Assembly: GCA_003427395.1 (NCBI GenBank)
Contig: BFEA01000006.1
Location: 7,805,854-7,852,509, forward strand
Source of the DNA: Chara braunii
Taxonomy: Eukaryota > Plantae > Charophyceae
Direction: 5' to 3'
Length of the DNA: 46,656 bases
Translations under genes and position numbers: made by a program
Shown: piece after piece, positions 24,862 through 35,903 of the stretch
Numbering within the stretch: the first letter of the stretch is position 1
How the letters are laid out: each line of letters starts with the position of its first letter
The notes under the pieces: generated by a model
Seen by the model: the letters and a program-made list of their open reading frames with translations, nothing else
What the model was told of the DNA's origin: nothing
Database searches by the model: none

Positions 24862-26854
24862 GCGCGCGTGGGCCTGAGGCACCCCCTTGGCGTACAAGGA
24901 CTCCTCTCTATGCAGGCCCTGTACAAGAACCTTCGGCAGCTTGAATGTTCTGCTGCAATGATGTCTTCCACCGCTGTTGGAAGTGACTCGACCTTGTCTG
25001 TGGCTGAGGAGTCGTCAAGGAGGACCACGGCCGAGGGAGCATTTCAAATTTTCCTCGAACGGGTCGTCTATTCCTTCTCCAATGTGCTCTTCAGTGGTAG
25101 GAAAATCATGGAAACAATGGGCGTTGGACGGTTTGGACCCATATGATCCATTTCTTTGTCGGTCTACTTCTCCATGTCTGGCTGATAGCATCCTTCTTTT
25201 GCAACTCCTTCTGAATCAGCGTTGGAGACCAACTTGAAAGGGACTCATCATCGGTGGACAACCTGTCGACCGCTGTTATGCTTCCTCTCCAATTTGCGCC
25301 TGTGATGCCAGCAGATCCGGAGTGCGTAGTCGGTGCCGCCGTTTTCCTCCTTTGCCTTGCACATAGCATGCTTCCGTCCAGAAGCCTTGACCTCCCATTA
25401 GGTTTACATGGGGATACAGCTGCTCAACCAAGCTGCTCAGCCAAAGTCAAGACAACCGGACTATCCCTGAGGTTCATGTCTTCGCATCCCTGCTCTCCAT
25501 CTGGTCCATCAAACCCCTCCCTCCTGGCCGCTGCTTTTTCATACTCGGTGACAGTCCACTGGTAGAGTTCTCCCACTGCTCGTTGGATGTGTTGTCGCTA
25601 GAAGCTTCACCTTTTGAGTGGTCGACCATATGCTCACCAACGGGGTTGATGTCTGTGTCTTCTTCCAGACCCATGGTGGGTGAAAGATTGAATGCCGGTC
25701 CGGTTCGCTGTTGAGAGGCACACACATGTCCAAAGGGGGTGCAATTGCTTTCGCTGTCGGTCTGGTGCTCATTTCTTGCGCATGTCCTGCACTCCTATGT
25801 TCGACATGTCTGACTGGGCATTCAGGCTGTTTGGAAGTTGTTTTGGATCAGGTGTGCCCGCTTTCAACCACTGCCAGGGAAGATTGAACATGTTAATGGA
25901 AGTTGAAGTCCATGCTGGCCCCTGCCTACTCCGCAGTCAATGCCTGCCAGTGAAATCGAATGCTCCTCCTTCGATCCCTCGATTAGACTTCCAATTACTT
26001 GTGTGCAGTCCTCCTCTCACAAACCCCCGACCTTCCTGAAGCAGGATGACCCGCTTTCACTCATCACACCACACGCGAAGCAAAACACAGGGCAGCAAAA
26101 ACGCTCGTGCCCAAAATTTGACAAACAGCATGTTTTGGGTTTGAATCAACTGCGGCCGTGGGGTGTTTCAATTCCGGAAAGGCAAAAAACACACTGAACA
26201 GCACTTTTGTCGCGGCACAGTTTGGAATGTGCAAAAGAGTAAAAGTAGACCTTGGGTTCTTTTTGCAGTTCGTGAACTCAGGCCCTCTACAGACCATGGC
26301 CTGGCCTTTAAGGCTTTACCTTAGTAGAACTCGTTACAAAGAACCGCGCCTCGACATGCTGCTATTTGTTTTTTTCTGCCTATTCCAACTCCTTTCTTCC
26401 GAGACGCGGTTGGCTCTTTTCTTTTCTACCAAGCATAGTTAGCCCCAAGCCCAATGCATCACCTGCGGTCATGACCGCGGGGGCGCTGACCGCATGTGGT
26501 CGGGATCATGACCGCCGGGGCCGACCGTGTGCGGTCGAGTGCGACCGCAAACCCCAGATATTTTCAATTCCTAGGAGAATAGGCCGAAAAAAAAAAAAAA
26601 GAAATAACTGCGCGGGTGACCGCTGCACAGTTCCGAATTCGCAGGAAGGAATAACAATAACAGGGCACTGCGGTTCTGGGCCAAGGGAGGGCTGTTAGAA
26701 ACTGCAAATTTAAAATAGAACTGTTACAGCTTTGTGAACTTCTAGCCGTTGGAAGAGTTCGGAAGTGGCAAAATCAGGCGGCCACTCGTGTTTTTTTTTT
26801 TTTTTTTTTTCCGCGCCTGCTCATGCCACGGCCGAGCTGTCTAGGCCACACCCG

Positions 26855-27325
26855 TGGTAGGGTCGCCCGTTAATGGAAGGACTGTTTTTTTCTGAGGGGA
26901 ACCGGCTGGGTCTGTGTCTGCGGTAGTCCGTGTGTGAAGTCTCCTTGAAGTTTCGGACCGGGTTTCCCATGTGTTACTGTCTTTTCGATAGTCGGTGGTC
27001 TGTTTCGATAGTCGGTGGTCTATTTTTTGGTGGATTCCCTTTGTTCTTTCATTGGTGTCTCGGTAGGTATTTAGTTGAGCCTAGACCACCAAGAGTCTTT
27101 GAGCCAGCAAAGACTCCTGAATAGGCCCGGTGGCGACCGGCCGAAACGGAACCGTCGAGTCACACCGATCACTGCGGCGGCAGTGTCGAGGGTGGAACGT
27201 CCACGATTATTCTTGTTATCCTCGTTTGCGCTCGGGAGAATCGATGAATTTTTTTTCTGACTCGAGTGTGGTCTTAGGTGTCTTCTTTCCTCCCTTCTCT
27301 CCCCCCCCCCCCCCCCCCCCNCCCC

Positions 27326-27380
<55 letters not shown>

Positions 27381-27474
27381 TCTCTCTCTTTTCTTTCCGC
27401 TCTTATCCCTCCCCTTCCTCTTCTCGTCGGTGTGGTTTTCCAAATCGGCATCCATGTGTGCATGTGTATTATCC
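26855..27474 (+). repeat. PLE pseudo-LTR, upstream copy
   Basis: TGGTAGGGTCGCCCGTTAATGG...ATGTGTATTATCC, repeated at 32162-32763. Confidence 0.9.
27112..27161 (+). ncRNA. Minimal type I hammerhead ribozyme (core variant CUGAAUA)
   Basis: GACTC-CTGAATA-GGCCCGGTggcgACCGGCC-GAAAC-GGaaCC-GTC-GAGTC: stems I, II and a short III around the hammerhead core. Confidence 0.75.
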
Positions 27475-27675
27475 ATATACTTGCACGGTAACCGCTGTAG
27501 TAATTGCACTATAGTTGTGTGGCTGTGAGATTTTATTGTGATAGTTATTGACGAGCGGATGCTACTTTCTCTGGTTCTCTATCGCTTGCTCAGAGTGCTC
27601 TTGCTGGTTCTTTGCTGTGCTCTACTACCTGTCGCTGGTAGACGGGTTCTTTTCTTTTATCTTTTTTCTCCTGCC

Positions 27676-28965
27676 ATGGCTGATCATCACTCTAATCCTA
27701 ATTTCATCCCGGTTCGACGTTGCTTCACGTGCAATGAACCGGATCACTTTTCTAGGGAATGCCCGAGGAACTTTGGTGCGAATGGAGTTATTCTCAGGTC
27801 ACGCAGAATGGTGCTTCTTCATCTGGCCAGACTAATGCCATTGTACCCGCACAGGAGGCGGGATTGCTGGTGCTGCCTGCTCCTTCGTCCTCGACGCATC
27901 AGGAACTCCCGACCGGCAGCGAGGTTGTGCCGGCTGTTCCACGACAAGGATGGTGGAGGAGTAACCAAGGTAGATTTAACGAGATGTACTGGTGGAGTGC
28001 TGAGAAGGAGGCGCGTGAGGTGGCGCAGAGGGAGAAGGAGCGATTGAAGGTCGAAGAGGAGGAGAAGGTTAGGAAGGAGCGTGAGGCTGAGAATAGACGT
28101 AAAGAAAGGCGTGAGTTCCATCAGGAGATGAGTGAGGTATTAAGCCCCCAGCTGAAGGAGATTTGTGCAACGATTGTTGGCCCCTGTAAGATTGGGGAGG
28201 CTACAAAGGAGGATGAGGCTGCTCGTTTACGACGAGAAAACGAGGAATTCAGAAAGAGTATGGAATCGAGATTGGAGAAACCAACTTTGGAGAACGAGGT
28301 GCTGAAGATGAAGGTTCACGACAGCAACCAGGAATCGCAGAGATCTGGATCCAAACGGAGAGTCGTGGATCGGAGAGGATCAACCTACGCTGGTGAGGTT
28401 GCATCAGGCCGTGGAGCCCGTGAGTGAGGTACAAAGATTAAGGTCAGCCTACAAGAGGATTTCGGAGGACAATGAGGCTATGAAAGCGGAGATACGGCTG
28501 CTTAAGGAGATGAAGATACACGCGCAGGTTGAATCGGTCGAGCTGCGGAAGAAATTGACGGGAAAAACGCCGTGCCCTGCTCGATCTGATCTTAGGGTCT
28601 CTTTTGAGGAAGCGGCCGATTCGGATGATGAGGATGGCGTTGAAGCGCATCTGACTAGAAACTCGAAGGAAGCCTCGGTCAAAGGACAAGCCTTGAGGAT
28701 GGTGGTGTTTGAGAAGAAGGTTAGGCGCGAGCTTCGTGGGTTGCGTAAGAATCAGGCGCAGACGATTTGTGACGAGGAAGTAGTTGAGTTCGTGACTATC
28801 AAGCAGGCGATCGACTCCATCGTTGAGAAACGGCTTGATAAGGAGTTCGGATCTGGTGAAGGTGAGGTTGACCCGAAGAGTGGGGATTTGCCGAAGGAAG
28901 GCACTGAAGGTAAGGATGGGGAGAACCTTGAGGGTGACTATATCCAGGAGGTTTCTGATACATAG
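27676..28965 (+). pseudogene. PLE upstream ORF: CCHC zinc knuckle + coiled-coil (gag-like), frameshifted
   Basis: ATG 27676 MADHHSNPNFIPVRRCFTCNEPDHFSREC, then E/K/R-rich helical segments in ORFs 27759-28427 and 28393-28965. Confidence 0.7.
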
Positions 28966-29073
28966 GGTTCCCTCCCGAGTGCAAGCACCGCCTGGTTATC
29001 CTTAGCGAGATGTTCTTTCGTTAGATCGTCTTCTATCTTTCTTCGCGATTCTCATATCGATTGCCTCTTTCGT

Positions 29074-32000
29074 TTGCTTGTCTTGTCTTTAATCTGTTCT
29101 GACTCTATCCCTTGGTTAGTCAAATTCCGTGGGTACATTGAGGATTTGTGTTCGAGGGGGTTTGACTTCTTATCATGTCCCGGACCTTTGGTATATGCGG
29201 TTGTCTCTCCACGGTGTAAGCACATCTATATTGGCTCTACAACTAGGGATCTTCCGACCAGATGGCGAGAGCACGTCTACCGAAGTAGGGCAGGAGGGAA
29301 CATGGAGAGAAACCACAAACTGCATCGTTGGATTCGACGTTTTGATGTGGGAAATTTCGTGGCTATCCCTCTGTGTGTTTGTAGCAAGGATAATGTTTTG
29401 TTGATAGAGAGCACTCTGATTAGGATTCTCTCTCCACATCTTAACTCTAAGGGCAGGAAGAGAGCTTCTAAACGCAAGAGGAAGGGTAAACGGGAGAGGG
29501 AGAGGTTGAGGAAACGAACTACTGGGGATGGTGGTGTGAGGACGTTTGGTCTGGCGAAGAGGATTATGACCTTCATGTCGTCTGATGGACAGCAATCTGC
29601 CAGTATTATTTCTATTCTCAAATCCTGCTTTGAGAAGGGGGTCCATGATGCGGTGATCGTATGTGAGGGTGGCGATGTTTTTTGCGACGGTTGGAAACTT
29701 GTGAAGCGTTGTTTTGGTACGTCGGTCATTTCGATTGGTTCGGACAAGCTGGAGTTGAAAAAGGCGAGAGAGCGTTTTCGTGGTGGCTGTAGCATTCGTT
29801 TTCTCAGCATTAATCTTTTCTGTTCCTCCCTGGTTCATCTCAAACAACCCCTGGTGCAGCTTCTATCCCACCCTGCTAGACGCAAGGATCTCTATTCCTG
29901 GTCGTTCGAGGATTTGGTTTTGGGTTTCGGTGCGATACGGTGTTTTTCTGACAAGCGGTCCCGATTCTCGTTGTGTGTTATTCTGTCTAACGCTATCCTT
30001 AGGTGTTTTGGGATTTCTGTACGGCAAAGGATTGTTGTGCGGGTCGTTTTTATGGAATCTATCTCCAAAGCGGCGGTGCATGTTGCGGAGATTGATATCA
30101 TTCGGTCGTTAAGGATTCGGGTTGTCTGGAAGGAGCTACTGGTGAGAAGGCTCCGGGTTGTATGGGTTAAGAACCGAAATCTGGGTGAATTGATTCATAA
30201 TTATCGGCAAGCTGCCAGATAGGCTACTCCAACATGCTGCTGTGAGGCCTTTAGAGGATGTTTTCCTAATGTGGATGGGCACGTCTCCTTTCGCATCAGC
30301 CAGGTTGATCTCTTTCCTGATTGGTTGGCTAATACGAGGAATATTCCTCATCCGACAATGCTGGATGCCATTCGATGTGTGAGGGTATCGTTGGCTGACG
30401 CTTTTTCCGCCTTCCAACCCTACTTGTCTCACGATGTTGTTATGATACCTGAACATAGGATTGCTGCTTGTGTTAAGAAAGATCCTGGTCTTCTGTGCTC
30501 TGGGTTAACCTTGCCATCTTCTTTTTCGAATCGCCTTCTCACTTGCCTCGACCCTGTCTTTTCTTCCTTTTCTGCTTCTTCTTCTTCTTCTTCTTCTTCT
30601 TCTTCTTCTTCTTCTTCTTCTTCTTCTTCTTCTTCTTCTCATTCTTCTTCTTCTTCTTCTTCTTCTTCTTCTTCCTCCTCCTCCTCTTCTTACGCTTCGG
30701 TGTCTTCTACTCGGGATCAATCTGCCTCATTTATACCGGATTTTAGATCTCTGCCTTGTGATGTTGAGTCTGTCCGCAGGATTCGATCTTTTCTGGCCGG
30801 TCTCGTCTGTTGTACAATTGATCGTAACCCCGTTGATTCTCTGGTATGTTGTCCCATGGTCTACTATGCAGGATTAAGCAAGTTGTTTTTAGAGAACCCG
30901 GGGTTCATCCCCACTGGCTGTGATGAGGGGACCTTGTTGGCGAGCTGTCGGGGTGAATTTGTGCAAAGTGGCTTTGGGCGTTTGGGTAGATGGAAGAGGT
31001 CGGGACGTTTTGGGAGGGCTTATGGCATCCCGAAGCACAAGGATGTTCAGAAGGGAGACCGATATGCCCTTCATATTCTGAACCGGCCAATGCTGTTTGT
31101 AAGAAGATTGCCAGTTGTATCAATGAATTGTTGTGGAGGCCACCGCTCGGATCGCGCTTTAACCTTCAGAGTACGCGGGATTTGGTTGGTCGTTTGTCGA
31201 GGGTCAACAGATCGGCGAAGAGCAATGACTGTGTGTTGGGAGGCTCCTTCGATGTGAAGGAGATGTTTTGCAGTTTGCCGCACGAATCCATTTTGCAAGC
31301 AGTGAGGTGGGTGACTGAGTTTTGGGATGAAAGGATGTGTACGGGTGTGATGGTCAAACGAGGGGTAAAGGGGCTAAGCTTAGATTTGGACGCACCATTG
31401 AAGGATATTTACGTATTTCATTCAATGAAATCCTTGATTTAGTGCAGTATGATTTGGCTCATACGTTTATTGAGGTCGGTGGGGTGTACCTGAGGCAAGT
31501 GATCGGCATTCCCATGGGGAAAGCATCCAGTCCAGCGCTGGCATGCTTGCTATATTCTTTCTATGAATTCCACTTTCTGAGGTCTCTTGGCAATGACCGT
31601 AAGTTTTTCTACGGGATCCGATTGGTAGATGACATTTTTGTCTTTGTTAGATTTAGGAAAGGTGATTTACAGTCCAGATGCAGGGCGGAGGGCCTGATCG
31701 AAAGTTTCAAACAATGCTATGATCCAAGGATGATTTTGGAATCCACAAGTGATGGCGATTCCTGGGATTTTTTGGGCTGTGTTGTCTGCTTGTTGGATGG
31801 TCGGTCTGTGGGATGTGTGGCCATGCATCGTAACCGACGGGCCATTTTTCAGCAAGGGATCGTGTTTCAGGCCATTCAGGATTTCTGCTCGTATTCGTCC
31901 AGACAGCAGAAGATGGCTGTCATCTACTCTTTTCTTCATCGCTGTAGAAGTCTGACGAGTTTGGAGGGGGCTGAAGCTGGTTTCTTGTTTTCTCTGAAGG

Positions 32001-32134
32001 TTGAGTTGTGGTACAGAGGGTACCCAGATGAGTTGTTTGATAAGGCTTTGGAGTGTTTCTCCCGGCGTTTTGGAGGTATTTGGAGTAAGTGGGTGCAAAT
32101 GTTTACGCATTGGGGGAGATTTTTTCCCTGTTAA
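29074..32134 (+). pseudogene. PLE GIY-YIG endonuclease + reverse transcriptase (one stop, two frameshifts)
   Basis: LVYAVV...IYIGST...RWREH...ESTLI...PHLN; basic KRKRKGKRER patch; CCC...DGHV; YGIPKHKD, RPICPS, FDVKEMF, QVIGIPMGKASSPALA, RLVDD, WDFLG. Confidence 0.9.
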
Positions 32135-32161
32135 GTGTTGCGGAGTATACTGGGGGCCCAT

Positions 32162-32547
32162 TGGTAGGGTCGCCCGTTAATGGAAGGACTGTTTTTTTTC
32201 TGAGGGGAACCGGCTGGGTCTGTGTCTGCGGTAGTCCGTGTGTGAAGTCTCCTTGAAGTTTCGGACCGGGTTTCCCATGTGTTCCTGTCTTTTCGATAGT
32301 CAGTGGTCTATTTTTTGGTGGATTCCCTTTGTTCTCTCATTGGTGTCTCGGTAGGTACTTAGTTGACCCTAGACCACCAAGAGTCTTTGAGCCAGCAAAG
32401 ACTCCTGAAGAGGCCCGGTGGCGACCGGCCGAAACGGAACCGTTGAGTCACGCCGAACACTGCAGCGGCAGTGTCGAGGCTTGAACGTCCATGATTATTC
32501 TTGTTATCCTCGTTTGCGCTCGTCATGTCTTCTTTCCTCCCTTCTCT

Positions 32548-32610
<63 letters not shown>

Positions 32611-32614
32611 TCAT

Positions 32615-32697
<83 letters not shown>

Positions 32698-32765
32698 CAC
32701 CCCTTCCCCCTATCGTCGGTGTGGTTTTCCAATTCGGCATCCATATGTGCATGTGTATTATCCCT
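32162..32765 (+). repeat. PLE pseudo-LTR, downstream copy
   Basis: Direct repeat of 26855-27474, starting 28 bp after the RT stop. Confidence 0.9.
32400..32449 (+). ncRNA. Minimal type I hammerhead ribozyme (canonical CUGAAGA core, GUU cleavage triplet)
   Basis: GACTC-CTGAAGA-GGCCCGGTggcgACCGGCC-GAAAC-GGaaCC-GTT-GAGTC. Confidence 0.82.
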
Positions 32766-32770
32766 ATTAT

Positions 32771-32930
32771 CCACACCCGTGCCCGGGCCATGGCCGAGAT
32801 GTCTTGGCCACGCCCGTGGCTTTGCCACGGTCGAGATGTCTAGGCCATGCCCGTGCCTGGGCCACGGCCGAGATGTCTAGGCTACGGCCAAGATGTCTAG
32901 GCCACGGCCGAGATGCCTAGGCCACACCCC
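32771..32930. repeat. GC-rich minisatellite (GCCACGGCCGAGATGTCTAG-like units), continuing 26825-26856 across the PLE insertion
   Basis: About 5 degenerate units, and the same unit lies immediately left of the PLE. Confidence 0.75.
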
Positions 32931-33234
32931 TGGGGAAACGAGCCAAAAACGGGAAGGCCTGCTACCAGTAACTGCTCCCAGGCCAGGGCACGGGGAAAAG
33001 AGCACCTCCACCTCCCGTTTTTGCCAATTATTGAACAGGCAGGCCATCGAACGCATGATTTACTGTTTTTCTTGCAGTTTCTAACTGGTCTTTGCCCAAG
33101 CTTGCAGTCGACTGTCATTTCTGCAAATTCTGAACAGTGCAGTGGTCACAGGTGCAGTTGTCTCAAATAAAAAATATGGGGTTGTAGGGTTTGAAAATCC
33201 CTGCATCCCCATATTTGCTTTTTTGGATTTTGAC

Positions 33235-33733
33235 CAGTGCCGGACCCGTGAACGTGACCGGCCGTTCATTTGGTGTTTTTTTTTGTGAATGGCCGTTCCC
33301 GGTGAACAGGCCGACCACGAAAGAGTGGTGTTATTTTTTATTTTATTTTATTATTATTATTTTTTGGGGGGCTCACTCAGCTACAGTTGCCTCAAGCCCC
33401 ACAGCATGATGACATTGAAAAAATAAGAAAAAATCGAAATAACCCACAAAATAACAAACAAAAATCCTTATTTTGGCTGGTTGCATTTTTTTTTCGTTTT
33501 TAATTAAAAACATATTATTCGTGAAAAAAACAAATTGAAAAAATTATGGGAGTTACCCTCGGATGTCCCCCACCCTCATACAAAACAACAACACCCCCCC
33601 CCCCCCCCCCCCGCCAAAAAAAAAAAAAAAACTGATCCCGCTCTCCGTGAACTCCATGAACTCGTACACCGTGTACTCCATGACCGGTTTCCGTCCACAG
33701 ACCCCGTAACTGGTGAACGGGGGTACAACACTG
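33235..33733. mobile_element. Non-autonomous hAT-like MITE (499 bp)
   Basis: 8-bp TSD ATTTTGAC (33227-33234, 33734-33741). Imperfect TIR CAGTGCCGGACCC versus CAGTGTTGTACCC (10/13). Confidence 0.7.
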
Positions 33734-34569
33734 ATTTTGACGTTTTCTGTTTTTTTTAAAAGAAAATAGAAAACAAAAAAACAAGTATTGTAATAAAAAG
33801 AAACATAAAATAAAGGATATTTTTCATTTTTCTCTGATTGCTAGTGGGATAAACATGGTGCACATGTTTCTTTGATTCTTTTTTTCATTAACATATGCAA
33901 ATATAAAAGGAAAAAAACTTAAAAAAAGATAATAATGAAAAAAAAAACAAAGCCGTTCTCCTTTTTTCTTCTTCTTGTTTTTCGTTTTTTACAGACACAC
34001 ATACTGAGTGATTGATTGATTGATTGATTGATTCGCTGTGATTGGTTGGTTGATTGATTTATTGATCTATTGATTGATTAATTGATTGATTGATTAAAAT
34101 TAAAAAAAACGAATGTGCGTGTTTGTGTGTGTGTTTGTGTGTATGTTTGTGTGTGTGTGTGTGTGTCAGTGTGTGTGTGTGTGTGTATGTGTGTGTGTCT
34201 GTGTGTGTGGGGGGGGGGGAGGAAGGGGGGGAGGGAGGACCCCCTCCCCCACCAACCAATCAATCAATAAATCAATCAATAAACAATTTTTAATTTTTTT
34301 TTTTGATTTTGTTTTTCACACACCGACCACCACCCCCCCGAAATTTTTTTCTTCTTACTTGTTTTTCATCTACGGGGTAGGGTCTGGGTTCCGGAATCCC
34401 AATCCGCAACCCCCACCTTCAACCCCCTCCCCCTCTGGCCACCACGCGACTGCGGTCATGACAGCAGGTACGTGGCCATGACTGCCGGCCGCGGTCAGTG
34501 ACCGTGGCCGGTGGGGATTTGTAGCCCAAGACTAGCTTCCCCTCTGGGGCCTCACCCCACTATACAAAG

Positions 34570-34663
34570 TTTCGCATGTATCTGGACAGCATACCAATCC
34601 AACATTTTGAGTGCATCTGGGCGACCTTTACAGTCCAGATACAACTACGGTGTCATGTAGTGG

Positions 34664-34757
<94 letters not shown>

Positions 34758-35043
34758 GCACAATGGGAAGACCCTCTGCGCCTCCCTCCACTTCACGACA
34801 TTGTACACGTATCCCTGGACTACTCAACATCTTACACGTATCCGGACCATATTGTCCCCAAGAAACATTCAGATTTATCAGCATTTTGATTGTTTATGGA
34901 TGATACATGTGGAATGTGGACACTCTGGACTATACAACATTCTGCATGTATCTGGACCATTATCATTTCCTAGACCACATTCGGATTGATCCAGTATTTT
35001 GAAGGTATGTCGGGGCTGCATGTAGAATACAGTGAAGCGAAGC

Positions 35044-35115
<72 letters not shown>

Positions 35116-35268
35116 ATCCCCCCCTCCCTACACAATGGAAGGACCTCCGGGCCTCCCTCGACTACACAACATTCTACATGTATCTGGACCACACCGTACT
35201 GAAGATACAATTTGATTCATCCAGCATTTTGAATGTGTCTGGGTGTACATACAGAATATAGAGTCTTT

Positions 35269-35308
<40 letters not shown>

Positions 35309-35620
35309 AGTATTCCCTCTTCCCTACGCAAACATCCTCTCGGCCTCCCTTTACTACTAAACATCCTACATGTATCTAGACCATGTCACCTCCCAGATAC
35401 ATTCTGATAGATCCAACATTTTGAACGTCCTACGGAATGAATGCAGAATACAGTGTAGCGAAGTGACTCTCTCTCATCTCTCTCTCTCCACCCACAATCA
35501 GAGGACCTTGCTGGCCTCGCTCTACTACTAAACATTCTACATGTATCTGGACGATTTCATATCTCAGATACATTCGGATTGATCCAGAGTAATTTTGAAA
35601 GTATCAAATAGCATCAGAAC
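34570..35620. repeat. Degenerate tandem repeat of ~200-250-bp units interleaved with (CT)n
   Basis: Recurrent ACATTCTACATGTATCTGGACC...CAGATACATTCGGATTGATCCAG motifs; a related copy lies at ~23330. Confidence 0.65.
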
Positions 35621-35696
<76 letters not shown>

Positions 35697-35843
35697 CTCT
35701 CTCTCTNNNNNNNNNNNNNNNNNNNNNNNNNNNNNNNNNNNNNNNNNNNNNNNNNNNNNNNNNNNNNNNNNNNNNNNNNNNNNNNNNNNNNNNNNNNNNN
35801 NNNNNNNNNNNNNNNNNNNNNNNNNNNNNNNNNNNNNNNNNNN

Positions 35844-35903
<60 letters not shown>

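Larger units (their letters stand above)
26855..32770 (+). mobile_element. Penelope-like retroelement with N-terminal GIY-YIG (Naiad/Chlamys-type architecture)
   Basis: GIY-YIG followed by PLE-type RT, ~0.6-kb direct terminal repeats with hammerheads, and flanking duplication CCACACCCGTG at 26846-26856 and 32771-32781. Confidence 0.88.

Noticed and set aside
29074-32134. Group II intron, retron or homing-endonuclease interpretation of GIY-YIG + RT
   Set aside because: PLE-type RT motifs, direct terminal repeats with hammerheads and a TSD fit a Penelope-like element; no intron domain V seen.
32771-32930. Short repeated units resembling a CRISPR array
   Set aside because: Degenerate minisatellite without unique spacers, no cas genes, eukaryotic context.
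34485-34535. Hairpin followed by CTAG as a Helitron 3' end
   Set aside because: CTAG is followed by C rather than T, the spacing is long, and no 5' TC end or Rep/helicase is present.
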